This document shows positions 44,068 to 44,413 of a stretch of DNA of 44,413 nt, piece after piece. The stretch lies in IMG/VR virus record IMGVR_UViG_3300017544_000276, positions 1 through 44,413 of that record; one strand, given 5' to 3'. Position 1 is the first letter of the stretch; every line of letters begins with the position of its first letter. The notes beneath the pieces are model-generated. The model was not told the DNA's origin and did not search any database. It saw only the letters and a program-made list of their open reading frames with translations. The position numbers and the translations under genes were made by a program. The DNA comes from a virus (taxonomy: Duplodnaviria > Caudoviricetes).

Positions 44068-44137
44068 CGTTGCGATTTTGGCAACGAGATGTTGACAGCG
44101 GTTTATTGACCGCCATACTGTTGTGATAATCACAACA
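44068..44137 (+). promoter_or_regulatory. Promoter flanked by two operators
   Basis: Operator CGTTGCGATTTTGGCAACG (44068-44086); TTGACA-N16-CATACT (44092-44119); perfect palindrome TGTTGTGATAATCACAACA (44119-44137). Confidence 0.75.
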
Positions 44138-44149
44138 GGAACAACGCTC

Positions 44150-44413
44150 ATGAGATGGGTTGCGAAGCCGATATCCAACGACCGAAAGCAGCGTTGGCAG
44201 GTGTTCGACATGTCATCGCCGCAGGCGGCCAAGGAGCATGTGGCCGGCAAGATCCGTTCGGCCGAGACGGCGCGCCTGATCGCCTCCACGCCGCAGTTGG
44301 TGGCCGCGCTCCGAAGGATCATCGACCACGAAACAGAGCATTCGAGCACCACGGCCAAGATCATGGCCGAGATCGCTCGTACGTCCCTCACTGACGCCGG
44401 ACTGTCTGCCTGA
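44150..44413 (+). CDS. Hypothetical early protein
   Basis: MRWVAKPIS...ETARLIASTPQLVAALR; AGGA RBS. Confidence 0.65.
   Translation: MRWVAKPISNDRKQRWQVFDMSSPQAAKEHVAGKIRSAETARLIASTPQLVAALRRIIDHETEHSSTTAKIMAEIARTSLTDAGLSA

Larger units (their letters stand above)
1..44413. mobile_element. Podovirus-type phage/prophage (BPP-1/epsilon15-like morphogenesis module), near-complete
   Basis: Full set of terS, terL, portal, scaffold, MCP, cement, tail tube A/B, ejection proteins and tailspike, plus replication, recombination, repressor and lysis genes. No run of host housekeeping genes. Confidence 0.95.

Noticed and set aside
3430-44137. The 19-bp repeats as a CRISPR array or att sites
   Set aside because: They are dispersed, palindromic and promoter-associated, with no regular spacers and no cas or integrase genes.

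Overview
The whole window looks like a near-complete, high-GC (alphaproteobacterial-type) podophage or prophage genome with BPP-1/epsilon15-like structural genes. From left to right it carries: a GH108 endolysin; a minus-strand replication operon (Cro-like HTH, SF2 helicase, SSB, VRR-NUC, primase-helicase); a divergent CI-like repressor; an initiator-like tRNA(CAT); a RecE/RecT-type recombination operon followed by small genes; three small membrane or lysis genes; a degenerate FkbM-like methyltransferase; an SGNH tailspike; three ejected proteins, including a ~2,900-aa polyvalent protein; tail tube, capsid, scaffold, portal and terminase genes; an AT-rich repeat region (candidate ori); and a plus-strand accessory operon with dCTP deaminase. 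No integrase, ParA, protelomerase or DGR is visible. The most notable observations are a 19-bp palindromic operator (TGTTGCGATAATCGCAACA-like) at 9 sites covering most of the major transcription units, two candidate nucleotide-signal sponge proteins, an initiator-like tRNA with an altered anticodon arm, a hairpin enclosing the endolysin RBS, and FQ-delimited effector modules in the giant ejected protein. All family calls come from motif recognition by eye; no database searches were run.
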